Counted from the first letter of the stretch, positions 48,166-57,755 are shown. The stretch is DNA of 64,000 nucleotides from Phycisphaerales bacterium (GCA_009781185.1 WQYP01000004.1:232-64231); one strand, 5' to 3'. The notes: a model not told the origin generated them from the sequence alone. Numbers and translations are program-made.

Positions 48166-48762
48166 TTACACCCCCTCGCCGCGCTCGAGCCGTGCCCGGA
48201 TGTCATCGCACAAGGTGAAGGTGATGATGGCCGGTGTATCGTCACGGGGCGGGTGCCGGTGCATGACGAAATACTGATCGTTGGCATTCACGCGACGCCC
48301 GTACCTCGCCGACTCGCGATCCGCTGCCTCCTGTAAAGGTCGGAGGAAGTCGGCATAGCTGCACCCCATCGCCTCGCACATCGCGGCATACGGCGTGAAC
48401 ATCCCGCATTCCTCAAAATAATTGGCAGCCGCCTCAACATCCATCTTTGACCATGCATCACGACTGGCCGGAGTCACGGTTCCGCCCTCGATCAGCACTT
48501 CCAGCATTTGCGGACGGCAGTCATAACCCCGCGACCGCAGGTGATTGGAAACAACCGTCAGTGCCATCGGGAACATTGCCCCAATCTCCAACGACGCCGC
48601 CTGCCGAAAGACGGGGTCCGCATTCCGATGCGGCTTGATCTTGAAATCCACATACTCCTCAAACGACAAACCAAATTTCATCATCGTGTAACCTCCAAAA
48701 AAGGGAAATGTTGTTTCGGGCACCACACCCGTATAACAACTTATTGCCCGGCCAAAGGCCAA
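48166..48762 (-). CDS. hypothetical protein
   Basis: ORF ends 1 nt before the sigma-factor start. Start may be the internal MMKF. Confidence 0.4.
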   Translation of the reverse strand: MAFGRAISCYTGVVPETTFPFFGGYTMMKFGLSFEEYVDFKIKPHRNADPVFRQAASLEIGAMFPMALTVVSNHLRSRGYDCRPQMLEVLIEGGTVTPASRDAWSKMDVEAAANYFEECGMFTPYAAMCEAMGCSYADFLRPLQEAADRESARYGRRVNANDQYFVMHRHPPRDDTPAIITFTLCDDIRARLERGEGV

Positions 48763-48830
48763 TTCGTAAACAATTTTGGAAAAAACTTAAAAAATGTTCT
48801 CGGAACATTCTCGGACGCAACATCCCAGCA

Positions 48831-50831
48831 TCACGCGGCTTCCCGAATAACGCCATCGCTCCAAGCAAAGTGAATCGCGCTCAGTCGGGTAAAGCGCCCT
48901 TCGGTGGCTTTGGCGATGCGGTCGGTGACGCCGCCTCCCCGCATGCCGGGGGCTTCCATTGCGTTGAAGGTGCCGTGGATGCCGATGGTTTTCTTTTGGG
49001 CCTGTTCAATCGTGGAACTCAAACCCTCCAAGTAATCCTGAATGGCAGGCGGGGGTTCGAGCCGATCCGGTCCCTGTGAATCCTTCATCTTCTTTTCGTC
49101 GTGGGCCTTGCCGATGGCGTCACGCCATTCCGCTCTCGCCTTGTCCAGTTCCTCATTGGACTTTTGAATCTTTTCCGCTTGCTCCTGTGCGAGTTCGTCC
49201 TCGGCATCCATCGCGGCCTGGCCGATCTGCGCCATGTTGTAGTTGTACGCATCATCCGCAGTTTTACGTTCCTGCTTTCGCTGATCTTCACGCTGTGCGA
49301 GAGCCTGTTTTTTCTGGGCCTCGATTTGGTTGTTCGTCTCCGCAAGTTCCTGATCCGCCATCTTTTTGGCGGCATCCACATCGAAACTGTCGTCGAACAG
49401 GCTCCACAATTCCAGCAGCCGTTTGGTCGTCCAGTTGATCGCGGTGTTCCACGCCTGCTGAAAGCCCGATGTAAAACTCGTCCACGTCTTCGACAAAAAT
49501 GCCGTCGTTTCGATCCACGCCGTTTCGAGCGAACTTCGGCAGATTTCCCACGCGGCCAGCGCTCCGTAAAACGCGCCTTGAATGATGTTGACGAACGAAC
49601 TTTTGAATTGAATCCACAAAGTTTCAAGAGCATTGATGCCTGTCTGCCATGCGACTTTGAGCGTCAGCCACAAAATCTTCGCCGCCAGCGCAATGTCGCC
49701 GGCAGCCAGAGCGTCGGCGATTCCGCCGAAGGCTTCGGTGGCGAATGAGGAGAGGTCGGCGAAGCGGTCGCCCAGCCAGGACAGAGCTTTCCCGCCCGCA
49801 CCCGAAGCATATATAAGGTATGCGCCAAGTGCGGCCATCGCCGCCACCACCATGCCGATGGGGGAGAGCAGCCAGGCGATGAGGCCGCCGAGCACACCGA
49901 TCACGGTGGAGACGACGCTGATGGTTGTGGCCAGCGCCGAGAAGATGCCGCCGAGGAACACGATTGTTTTGCCCAGTACGAGCAATGCCATGCCCGCCGC
50001 GATCACGCTGGCGGCGACTTTGAAAATCGTGACGATGAGTTCCTGGTTTTGCTTGACCCACGCGATGGCTTTGACGACGAGGTCGATGATGCGATTGGCG
50101 ATGTCTGTCAGCAGCGGAGCCACCGCTTCTCCCAGTGTTGCGCCAAGCTGCTTGAGCACGGCCCAGAGCGTGCTCAACGCCTCGGCCAACTTCACGCCAG
50201 TAGCAACACTCGTTTCCGACGCGGTGAGGCCGAGTTTGCGAGCCTCTTCCTGCATCGCTTCGATTCCCGCCGCGCCTCGGCTCATCATGGGCAGCAAATC
50301 CATGCCGGACCTGCCGAAGATCGCCATCGCCGTTGCCGCGCGAACGGCGGGGCTTTGAATGGCGGCGAGTTTGTCGGCGATCAGTTTGAATTGCTGATCC
50401 GGCGACAGTCCTCGCAGATCGTCGATGGTCAATCCCAACTGCGCGAGTGCCGCCGTCGCCGACTTTGATCCCGTGGCCGCTTGATAGATGGTTTTCTGCA
50501 TCTTCTTAATGCCGCCTTCCAGCGTCGCCATATCGGTTCCGGAGATGCTGGCGGCGTAACCCAACTCCGAAAGTGCTTCGACTGAGATGCCGGTTCGTTG
50601 GCTGAGCGTTTGAAGTTCCTTGCTTCCCGACGCGAAAACTTTGGCAAAACCGACCAGTGGCGCGGCGATGGCGGTGCCGATGGCGGCGAACTTCTTGCCG
50701 AGATCGGCGACAGAATCGCCAAACGCCTTGAGTTTCTTGCCGGCCTTCTGCAAACCCTTCACGAGCTTCTCGTCGTTGACGAGCAGTTCGATAAACGCGC
50801 TGCCAGCTTTGATGCCTTGGGGCGACCCCAT
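48831..50831 (-). CDS. phage tail tape measure protein
   Basis: 666 aa, Ala/Gly-rich helical protein with a central hydrophobic segment and long coiled coils. Located with the tail genes. Confidence 0.7.
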   Translation of the reverse strand: MGSPQGIKAGSAFIELLVNDEKLVKGLQKAGKKLKAFGDSVADLGKKFAAIGTAIAAPLVGFAKVFASGSKELQTLSQRTGISVEALSELGYAASISGTDMATLEGGIKKMQKTIYQAATGSKSATAALAQLGLTIDDLRGLSPDQQFKLIADKLAAIQSPAVRAATAMAIFGRSGMDLLPMMSRGAAGIEAMQEEARKLGLTASETSVATGVKLAEALSTLWAVLKQLGATLGEAVAPLLTDIANRIIDLVVKAIAWVKQNQELIVTIFKVAASVIAAGMALLVLGKTIVFLGGIFSALATTISVVSTVIGVLGGLIAWLLSPIGMVVAAMAALGAYLIYASGAGGKALSWLGDRFADLSSFATEAFGGIADALAAGDIALAAKILWLTLKVAWQTGINALETLWIQFKSSFVNIIQGAFYGALAAWEICRSSLETAWIETTAFLSKTWTSFTSGFQQAWNTAINWTTKRLLELWSLFDDSFDVDAAKKMADQELAETNNQIEAQKKQALAQREDQRKQERKTADDAYNYNMAQIGQAAMDAEDELAQEQAEKIQKSNEELDKARAEWRDAIGKAHDEKKMKDSQGPDRLEPPPAIQDYLEGLSSTIEQAQKKTIGIHGTFNAMEAPGMRGGGVTDRIAKATEGRFTRLSAIHFAWSDGVIREAA

Positions 50832-50834
50832 CGC

Positions 50835-51365
50835 TCACACTCTTTCCTTCAGCAACGTGGCGACGCGGTCCACGATAGCGGTGATGACCGTCTTACTATG
50901 GCACAGCGAATTGTGGTTGGTGTTGGCTACCACGATAGGATCGGGACCGCCGTTGATGGTGGCAGGAAAAACGGGAAACGAGTTGGCGGCCCGGAAGATA
51001 TCGCAGATTTTCGGAGCGGCATTTCCTCGCGGATAAGCCAATGTCTGCGACCAGAGCGGCTCATAAGCCACTGGATCAATCAACACCAGATAATCCACAC
51101 AGATATTCCAGTGAGCAACGGTGATGCATGATTCGAGCACACGTTGAGCACCGAACGAGTGTCCGACGAGCACCACTGTATTTGCCGGGAAAAGGCGAAC
51201 AGTCAATTCGACATCAGCGCGGAACTGGTCAAACACCCGTGACGGCGTCCAAACATAAACGCCATCCATCCGCGAGAGCGCCTTGGCGATGTCGCTAGTC
51301 TGGGGGCTTCCCAGCCCCCCCAGCACCACCGCAAACACCCGATCATCTGAATCACTTGTCATCAT
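50835..51365 (-). CDS. alpha/beta-hydrolase-fold protein (GxSxG lipase/esterase motif GHSFG)
   Basis: VVLVGHSFGAQRV nucleophile elbow. Confidence 0.55.
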   Translation of the reverse strand: MMTSDSDDRVFAVVLGGLGSPQTSDIAKALSRMDGVYVWTPSRVFDQFRADVELTVRLFPANTVVLVGHSFGAQRVLESCITVAHWNICVDYLVLIDPVAYEPLWSQTLAYPRGNAAPKICDIFRAANSFPVFPATINGGPDPIVVANTNHNSLCHSKTVITAIVDRVATLLKERV

Positions 51366-51387
51366 GTCAAAATCCGTCTTTATCTAC

Positions 51388-51433
51388 GTCCGTGTCTGTC
51401 TGTGCGGGGGGGGGCTGTCTGTGGTTAATTCCC
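51388..51433 (-). promoter_or_regulatory. promoter-like motif CGTGTCTGTCTGTG..CTGTCTGTGGTTAATTCCC upstream of the hydrolase gene; second copy at 52168..52207
   Basis: Two similar GTCTGTCTGTGG-YT-MATTCCC elements, each 25-110 bp upstream of a minus-strand gene start. Confidence 0.4.
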
Positions 51434-51628
51434 GTTTTCTTCCGTCTTGTCCTGTGCTTTTTGCACGCCGGCCCGCAACGTCATCGCGAGGATGGACGTT
51501 GCGATGGTTTGGATGACCGTGCCGATGTCGCATCTGCCGTCGGCGAAGGTCGCCAGCACGCTGAGGATCGCGATGAGGCCGACGATGTAGGTTTTCCAGC
51601 CTTGTAATGCATTCCGAAGCGTTTCCAT
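51425..51628 (-). CDS. small 2-TM membrane protein (holin-like)
   Basis: 67 aa with two hydrophobic helices and a charged C-terminus. Confidence 0.4.
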   Translation of the reverse strand: METLRNALQGWKTYIVGLIAILSVLATFADGRCDIGTVIQTIATSILAMTLRAGVQKAQDKTEENGN

Positions 51629-51693
51629 GTTGATTCCTTTTGTTAAAATCCATCCGGCGGTGTCCGCCGCCGCTTGTCTGCCTGCCTCACCGC

Positions 51694-52095
51694 CTAAACA
51701 AACACCAGTGAAGCCGCGATTGCGACGAGTGCCTTGAGCAGTGCGCCGATGGCGTCACGCTGCCAGGCGACCGCTGCCGCATTTTGCACGTTTGCCGTTT
51801 GCATCTTCGCATTGATTGATGCCCATTCGTTGGCAAGCTCCTGGTTGGGCAGTTTGGCGACGATGGCGGCGTAGGACTCGTAAGGATCGCCCTTGCTCGC
51901 CAACTCGATCCACGCCCAGATATCGGCGGCGGTCATCGCGACGAAGGCCGGGCCGTATTGGGCGATCACCGGCGCGAGCGCGGCGGCCTGCGTTTTGCCC
52001 AACTTTGCAGTCACCTGCGCGATGACCGTTTCAAGCGATTGCGCCGCCGCTTCAGTGAGTGGTTCAACGATGCTTCCGAGTGTTGTGTCTGACAT
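51694..52095 (-). CDS. hypothetical protein with C-terminal TM helix
   Basis: 133 aa, Ala-rich, C-terminal IGALLKALVAIAASLVFV. Confidence 0.4.
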   Translation of the reverse strand: MSDTTLGSIVEPLTEAAAQSLETVIAQVTAKLGKTQAAALAPVIAQYGPAFVAMTAADIWAWIELASKGDPYESYAAIVAKLPNQELANEWASINAKMQTANVQNAAAVAWQRDAIGALLKALVAIAASLVFV

Positions 52096-52167
52096 AAGAT
52101 TTCCTTTCCATCATTAAAAAATATCCGCGTCCATCCGCGTGCATCCGCGGCCATTTACGTTCCCCCC

Positions 52168-52207
52168 GTCTGTCTGTGTCTGTCGTGTCTGTCTGTGGCT
52201 CATTCCC
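52168..52207 (-). promoter_or_regulatory. second copy of the GTCTGTCTGTGG..ATTCCC promoter-like motif
   Basis: CGTCTGTCTGTGTCTGTCGTGTCTGTCTGTGGCTCATTCCC, read directly. Confidence 0.4.
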
Positions 52208-52211
52208 ATCG

Positions 52212-52493
52212 TTACGGTTGCGTGACGGGAGTCGAGCTTGGCGATGCTTTGCCGTCTCGTGCATCGCGGAACAACTGCAGAAAATCGGAGAGACCGCCGA
52301 GCACCTGCCCGGCCTGTGCGCGAGTGAGTCCACCCTGCTCTTCCGGAACCTGGATACGACGGTAACTTTCAGCGGCGGCTGCGGCGGCGGTGTCGAGACG
52401 TTCCGAGTAGGTGGGACTCAGTTGCACACCATTGCATGCCACCATGCCTGCCGTAAGGACCGCCGCGAGACAGAATTTGAGAGTTGTTTTCAT
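52212..52493 (-). CDS. small secreted/lipoprotein (signal peptide + Cys); 5' region carries GTTTCAAG x4 tandem repeat (52510..52550)
   Basis: MKTTLKFCLAAVLTAGMVAC lipobox-like. RBS GGAGAT. Confidence 0.45.
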   Translation of the reverse strand: MKTTLKFCLAAVLTAGMVACNGVQLSPTYSERLDTAAAAAAESYRRIQVPEEQGGLTRAQAGQVLGGLSDFLQLFRDARDGKASPSSTPVTQP

Positions 52494-52765
52494 GTGATCT
52501 CCAAAAAGAATAAAAGACTAAAATCTTGAAACTCGAAACTTGAAAACTTGAAACTACGGAGGCGGCACAAACACTTTGAGCATCGTGATGTCGCCTTTGA
52601 GCGGGGCGGGCGGTGGCGACGCGGTGCGTTTGCGTCGTGCGGGGAGTGCCGGATGGAAGTCGGCGGGCTTGAATGCGCGGCCTTTCTTCGGATCGCGATT
52701 GGCGTTGGCGAGCATCGATAGCAGCGCCGCGGTGTGATTCCAGTTGTCTTCCTGGCGTGACTGCG

Positions 52766-53305
52766 TCATGTCGATGAGTTCACGGAGGGTGAAGTGGCCG
52801 GGATCGATGCCGAGGATTCCGGCGCACTGCCAGACGAGTTCCCAGGCGGTGTCGGCCCCTCCTCTGCTCCGCTGTCCAGTTCCGCCAGCGCCGCTTGCAT
52901 CTTGCGTTCGAGTTCCGGACTCTCCAATCGCGTCTCCACCGTCTGCAACGCCGCCGTCTCGAACTTCCGCAGTTTTGCCAGCGCCTTGCTCAGCACCCTG
53001 CGCCGGCCCTGCGGGAAAAAATCGACCAGTTCCTCCAACAGCGCCGTCGTCGCACCATCAATGGCATCGCCCGCCATCGCCCGCCCAAAGTCCACATCGC
53101 TGATCGATTTGGCGTCCGCCTCCGGCTTGCAGACCGCATAAATCACATCGCACAGCAGCACCGGATCGCCGATGAGCCTTTCCAGCAACTTGCCTTCAAT
53201 GACCTCCAGCAAGTTCACCTTCGCCAGATCACGTACACGCTTAATGGCATCCACATTGATCGCCACCGTCCATGTACGCCCCGCGTTATCGACAAAAGTT
53301 TTCAT
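52766..53305 (-). CDS. hypothetical phage protein (possible tail assembly chaperone), followed by overlapping 71-aa ORF 52554..52769
   Basis: Position just after the major tail gene. ATGA overlap with the next small ORF. Confidence 0.35.
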   Translation of the reverse strand: MKTFVDNAGRTWTVAINVDAIKRVRDLAKVNLLEVIEGKLLERLIGDPVLLCDVIYAVCKPEADAKSISDVDFGRAMAGDAIDGATTALLEELVDFFPQGRRRVLSKALAKLRKFETAALQTVETRLESPELERKMQAALAELDSGAEEGPTPPGNSSGSAPESSASIPATSPSVNSST

Positions 53306-53361
53306 GCCATGACTCCAATGAGACAGGGGTTACGTGATTAAAATTGAGCAACAAGGACGGA

Positions 53362-53820
53362 TTACGTTCCGCCGACAGTCTTCCAGACGGGTGGGTTGGT
53401 CGAGTACGTGGGCTTGGCGGTGACTTTGACGCTCAAGGCTTCTTCGAGCGGTTCATCGCGGGAGAAGTCAGTAATCATGCAATCCGCCCACAAGCCTTGG
53501 CTGCCGGTGGAAGTGGCACCGGTGATGGGGCCGTCCATCGCGGCGATGCCGATGATGGAGTTGCCGAAGTAGGCGTCTTTGATCGCTGTAAACCCCGTGT
53601 CGCTTGTGTCCCAGACCATCTCGAATTCGATGCTGCCTTCCTTGAGCGTGCCGGCGGTGGCTTTCCAGCCGCTATTGGCGCGGGTGGTCACATCCGCTTC
53701 GCCTTTGGTCAGGTTCAGCGTGACGTTTTTGACGTTGGTCAGTTCCAACCAGGTGGGCGTGCCGCCGATGCCGGCGACACAATAATACAGGCGAGCATCT
53801 AATCCGAGTCTTACACTCAT
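53362..53820 (-). CDS. phage major tail (tube) protein
   Basis: 152 aa, beta-rich. Position and size match TP901/phi13-type major tail proteins. Confidence 0.55.
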   Translation of the reverse strand: MSVRLGLDARLYYCVAGIGGTPTWLELTNVKNVTLNLTKGEADVTTRANSGWKATAGTLKEGSIEFEMVWDTSDTGFTAIKDAYFGNSIIGIAAMDGPITGATSTGSQGLWADCMITDFSRDEPLEEALSVKVTAKPTYSTNPPVWKTVGGT

Positions 53821-53839
53821 TTAAAAATCTCCTTTCATT

Positions 53840-54511
53840 TTATGAGTATTGAATGGCATCTGGCGCAATGGCCACCGGCACTTGGCCACTTTTATGTCGC
53901 TGCAAGTATGCAATTGCCCGATGAAGCACCTCGATATCTTCGCTCGCGTTGCCGATCACCAGATTGCAAGCTCGATGAACGATGCCACGAACAACGCCGG
54001 TAGAATGATCATGGTCGATGGTTTGCCATTTCATGGGCAGTGGTCGTTCGCACAGGGCACAGCAATACTTCTGTCGTGCCAGCATTTGCCGGTAGTCATC
54101 TGGTGTGATGCCGTATTGTGGGCACTTATATCGCACGGCGCGATCCCACAGTCGCTGTTGATTGGCGTCACACCATTGAGCCTTTCGCTTTTTCCTGCAC
54201 GGACGGCAATCACGAGCAAAATAATCTTTGCCACAACTGCGGCGGACCGGAAAATCGGCCAATGGTTTTTCCGTATGGCACCGGCTACAAACCAGTTGAC
54301 CTCGCTGTCGAATCTCTTGCCATTGGCTTTCGGAAAGTTTGGGTGTTCGGTGGCGATTTCCGGGATGCATCCTGCGATACAAGAGTGTGTTCAACTCGGA
54401 ATAACATTGTTTGCAGCGACTCAGGGGCCGCGAGTCGGAGATGGAACGACGCGGGAATGCCGAGATCGGCTTCTCGTTCCTGCATCGGCTGCATCGCTTT
54501 ACAGCTTCCAT
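53840..54511 (-). CDS. HNH-type endonuclease, endonuclease VII family
   Basis: CALCERPL ... IDHDHSTGVVRGIVHRACNLVIG, plus multiple Cys pairs. Confidence 0.65.
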   Translation of the reverse strand: MEAVKRCSRCRNEKPISAFPRRSISDSRPLSRCKQCYSELNTLLYRRMHPGNRHRTPKLSESQWQEIRQRGQLVCSRCHTEKPLADFPVRRSCGKDYFARDCRPCRKKRKAQWCDANQQRLWDRAVRYKCPQYGITPDDYRQMLARQKYCCALCERPLPMKWQTIDHDHSTGVVRGIVHRACNLVIGNASEDIEVLHRAIAYLQRHKSGQVPVAIAPDAIQYS

Positions 54512-54617
54512 CCTGAATCACTCGTCGCGTTAAACAAAGATTGTTCATCCTGCCGGAAACATCTCGGCAGTTTTCCAGTTCATCTGTCGACCCACGAGGT
54601 CGGTTTTGAGTTTTGAA

Positions 54618-55031
54618 TTAATGGGTTGTGCGTATTGAATTTTCCCAGCATTTGGGTAGGCGTGGTTTTACGTTTTCCAACGCGGGGAGCATGAAGGGCC
54701 TACGGTCGTAACGTTCTCGCTTGTATTTGCCGCCGAATTCGTGGGCTTTTCCACTGGTGCCAGCGTTGGCCGCATCGGGACCGATCACCGCCGACGGCGG
54801 CGATTTACTCACCGCATATTTGATCGCGCCGCGCAAGCGGCCTTTGCGGGTATTCGGCGGCGTCCCGGCGGGCGATTTCTTCGGCGACTTCTTGATCGAA
54901 TGCCGCGCCGCCAGCCGGATCGCCCCCGCAGCGTGGCCGAGGCTGGTGATGTTGCCACGCTTCGCAGCCGCCATTACCTTCTTCGCGTCCAACTTGATCT
55001 TTGCCCTGGCTTGGATCACGGTGGTTCCCAT
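54618..55031 (-). CDS. hypothetical phage protein (HK97 gp10-like tail component?)
   Basis: Size and position only. Confidence 0.3.
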   Translation of the reverse strand: MGTTVIQARAKIKLDAKKVMAAAKRGNITSLGHAAGAIRLAARHSIKKSPKKSPAGTPPNTRKGRLRGAIKYAVSKSPPSAVIGPDAANAGTSGKAHEFGGKYKRERYDRRPFMLPALENVKPRLPKCWENSIRTTH

Positions 55032-55093
55032 CGACGACTTGACGACTTCACAATTTAACGATTTAACAATTCACGATTTAACGATTTGACGTT

Positions 55094-55918
55094 CTACTTC
55101 GCAGCCGCTTCCTTGGCGATGTCCGCTTCGAGCAGTTGGAGTTTGAGGTCGAGGTCGCCGGCCAGCTTGCCCCATTGATCGTTGTACTTGGCATCCGAGC
55201 CGATGGGGGGGATCGTCTTTCGGAAGTCCCGCAGCAGGTCGAGCACCATCTTTTTCGTTGTGGTGGTGCCGCTCCAGTCGGTGATGGAAGTCAGAATGTC
55301 CGCGATGGTTCGCACGTGATTCGGGAAGAGCGGACGCGAGGTTTTGAGGAAAGTGGAACTGAATTCAAACAACTTATCCTTACGCCCCAAATCCGCCGCC
55401 GCCTGAATGGTTTGGACCAGGATGCCGAGTTCTTCGGCTCCATTCACCAGCTTCTCACGGTCGTTCGTTGCGATGTACACACGCCGCAGCAATTCTTTTT
55501 GACGGGTTTTGTCTTGCAGCGCCTTGGCGATGGATTCCGCTGCCGGGTAGTCGCGGAACGTGTACGTCAGCAGCAGGCCTTTTTCAAAAGCGAGCCGCGA
55601 CGTGTTCTTCACACCGACCTTGGCGGCGTCGGTATCCAATTGATCCAGATATTGCTTCGATGTGGATATCTTTTCAAACTCGTACATCAGCTTCGCTTTG
55701 CGAAGCGTCCAGTCGATGCGGGTGTCGATGTCGGCGAAGCTGTTGGGCACATTGGCGTCCAACCACGCGAGCTGTTCATCCACGGATTTGTCGGCGGGGA
55801 AACCGTCCCAGGACCATTTCTTCGGGGTGTCTTCTTTGGCGGGTGCCGTCGTTTGCGCAACCACAACAGCACCGAAAGCAAACATCACAAGCGCCGCGCC
55901 CAAAATAGCCTTCTTCAT
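55094..55918 (-). CDS. secreted hypothetical protein
   Basis: Signal peptide MKKAILGAALVMFAFGAVVVA. Confidence 0.5.
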   Translation of the reverse strand: MKKAILGAALVMFAFGAVVVAQTTAPAKEDTPKKWSWDGFPADKSVDEQLAWLDANVPNSFADIDTRIDWTLRKAKLMYEFEKISTSKQYLDQLDTDAAKVGVKNTSRLAFEKGLLLTYTFRDYPAAESIAKALQDKTRQKELLRRVYIATNDREKLVNGAEELGILVQTIQAAADLGRKDKLFEFSSTFLKTSRPLFPNHVRTIADILTSITDWSGTTTTKKMVLDLLRDFRKTIPPIGSDAKYNDQWGKLAGDLDLKLQLLEADIAKEAAAK

Positions 55919-57165
55919 TGTTTTTCCTTCATGTTAGAGACAGGTTGACTCCACTTCGTCCTACGCAGGTCCGAAGTGCCGCGACCGTTGGTCGCTTTTT
56001 CCGTCAAATCACTGGAGTCGCTGAAATCCCCGGCGTCGGTGATGGTGAGTGACGCGCCGGCGGCAAAGTATCTTTCCTCGATTGCTTTGCAAATTGCACG
56101 GTTCGCTTCTTTGGTTCTGTTGTTCGGCCTTGCCGTCAAATAGTAGTAGCGTTCGCCAACGACCTGCACGGCGATCTTCGTTGTTTCTGTTCGCTTCAAG
56201 AACCGCATGGCGGCGTCGACGTTGACGGTGCTTACACCGAAGTTGAACGCGACAATTCCGGAGATTCCTTCCGGGGCAATTTTCCAAACGGCGGCCTTCG
56301 ATGCTTCCGAGTGGAAGAATTGCAGATTGCCCAGCACGGGGATGTTGGGATTTTGCCCGCGCACCGCCGAGAGTGTATAGCCGACGAACTGGGCGTCGGG
56401 TTTGTAGTTGAGCGTTCGCTTGTTGCTATAAAGAACTGTTCCGGGATTTGTTTGTCGCCAGCCGAGGATGAAGCCGTCGCATTGTTTTGCGAGATGCTGC
56501 AAGCCGTTGAAGTAATCGACCGGGTCCATTGCGTACATGTCGGTTGCATCTATAGAACCGCCAAAGGTGAACCATACTTTGAAGCCTTTGGATTTTGCGT
56601 AGGCGATGGCATTGTCGAAGTTTTTCGGATCGTCCTGCATGTACCAGGCGAGCAGCAATGCGTTGTATTTTTGCCCGGCGAAGTAATCCAACTCGTGCGT
56701 GAAGTTTTCGTATTCCGCGTCGCTGGTCGGTGCCCGCAGTTCCGACACCATCCGCAAGCCCGTCGGCAATGGCACCTCGGTGATCGGCGCGTATGTGCGA
56801 GAGTAAACTTCTTTCCATTTGTCGAGCGTATCGACGTTTGTCGGAAGGAAGAAGCGCCGCCGTGCAATGTCGCTCTCTTTTTCAAAAACTCCTGCGTAAC
56901 GAATGAACCGGGCCACCTGCTCGGGCAGATGATCGAGATTGAACGGTGAGCCGACAAAAGCGGCCTTCGATGTTTCAAAGCGAACCGGCCTCGGCGTGAA
57001 TACGACTTGTTCGCTGAAAAATTTCACGGACGACGGCGCGAACGCTGGCGTCGTCGCAGAGAACGATGCCGTCGTCGGCGTGAACGAGACTGTCACGGGC
57101 TGGAACGTCTGCGAGAAACCAACCGTGCTACACGCCAAAACTAAAGCTGCAATTATGTATCTCAT
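55915..57165 (-). CDS. secreted hypothetical protein (416 aa); contains the second copy of the 32-bp repeat
   Basis: Signal peptide MRYIIAALVLACSTVGFS. Confidence 0.5.
   Translation of the reverse strand: MRYIIAALVLACSTVGFSQTFQPVTVSFTPTTASFSATTPAFAPSSVKFFSEQVVFTPRPVRFETSKAAFVGSPFNLDHLPEQVARFIRYAGVFEKESDIARRRFFLPTNVDTLDKWKEVYSRTYAPITEVPLPTGLRMVSELRAPTSDAEYENFTHELDYFAGQKYNALLLAWYMQDDPKNFDNAIAYAKSKGFKVWFTFGGSIDATDMYAMDPVDYFNGLQHLAKQCDGFILGWRQTNPGTVLYSNKRTLNYKPDAQFVGYTLSAVRGQNPNIPVLGNLQFFHSEASKAAVWKIAPEGISGIVAFNFGVSTVNVDAAMRFLKRTETTKIAVQVVGERYYYLTARPNNRTKEANRAICKAIEERYFAAGASLTITDAGDFSDSSDLTEKATNGRGTSDLRRTKWSQPVSNMKEKQ
56096..56127. repeat. second exact copy of the 32-bp sequence GCACGGTTCGCTTCTTTGGTTCTGTTGTTCGG (first at 7940..7971)
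   Basis: Exact match. Lies inside CDS 55915..57165. Confidence 0.7.
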
Positions 57166-57755
57166 TGCATCTTCCTCTTCTCGCCAATGACGAACTCGAC
57201 GATATCTTTGGGATGCCAGGTTGTGGGCAGGCCGGTCGCGGCGTCGTTGCCGTTCACATCGGGGTTTTCATTCCGGTTTCCGTTTTCGTAGACGACGCCT
57301 TCTACCGTGACGGTGGATGTATAGATACGCATGATGACCATGTCGCCGGGCTTGGCTTCCGCCGGATCGAAACTATCCACTCCAAACAAAGCGATGGATC
57401 GCTTCGGAAAGTTGGGATTCCACTTTTGGTTTTGAATCCTTGCGGCCACCGTCCAATTCGCGGGGTACGCATTCGGCGGCGTCCTGATCTTGTACTCCAT
57501 AATGAGATCGGCCAGCGGAAGAAGCGGACTGCCTTTGGACAACTGCGCTGGCGTGGTGAAGTATCGCATCGTCACGGGCAGATTGGCCGTGAAGCCGTTG
57601 TGGTAGATGCCATCATTGATCGTATGCACATGATTGTTAATCATATGCAGGTAGTTATTTTCAAAGGCAAGTGGCGTCGGGCACGCGAATAACGCCGAGA
57701 TGCCCATCGTTAGCGCCAGGCCGAAAATGGCGAGTGTGCTTTTCCAGAAGCTCAT
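57162..57755 (-). CDS. secreted hypothetical protein
   Basis: Signal peptide MSFWKSTLAIFGLALTMGISALFA. Confidence 0.5.
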   Translation of the reverse strand: MSFWKSTLAIFGLALTMGISALFACPTPLAFENNYLHMINNHVHTINDGIYHNGFTANLPVTMRYFTTPAQLSKGSPLLPLADLIMEYKIRTPPNAYPANWTVAARIQNQKWNPNFPKRSIALFGVDSFDPAEAKPGDMVIMRIYTSTVTVEGVVYENGNRNENPDVNGNDAATGLPTTWHPKDIVEFVIGEKRKMQ

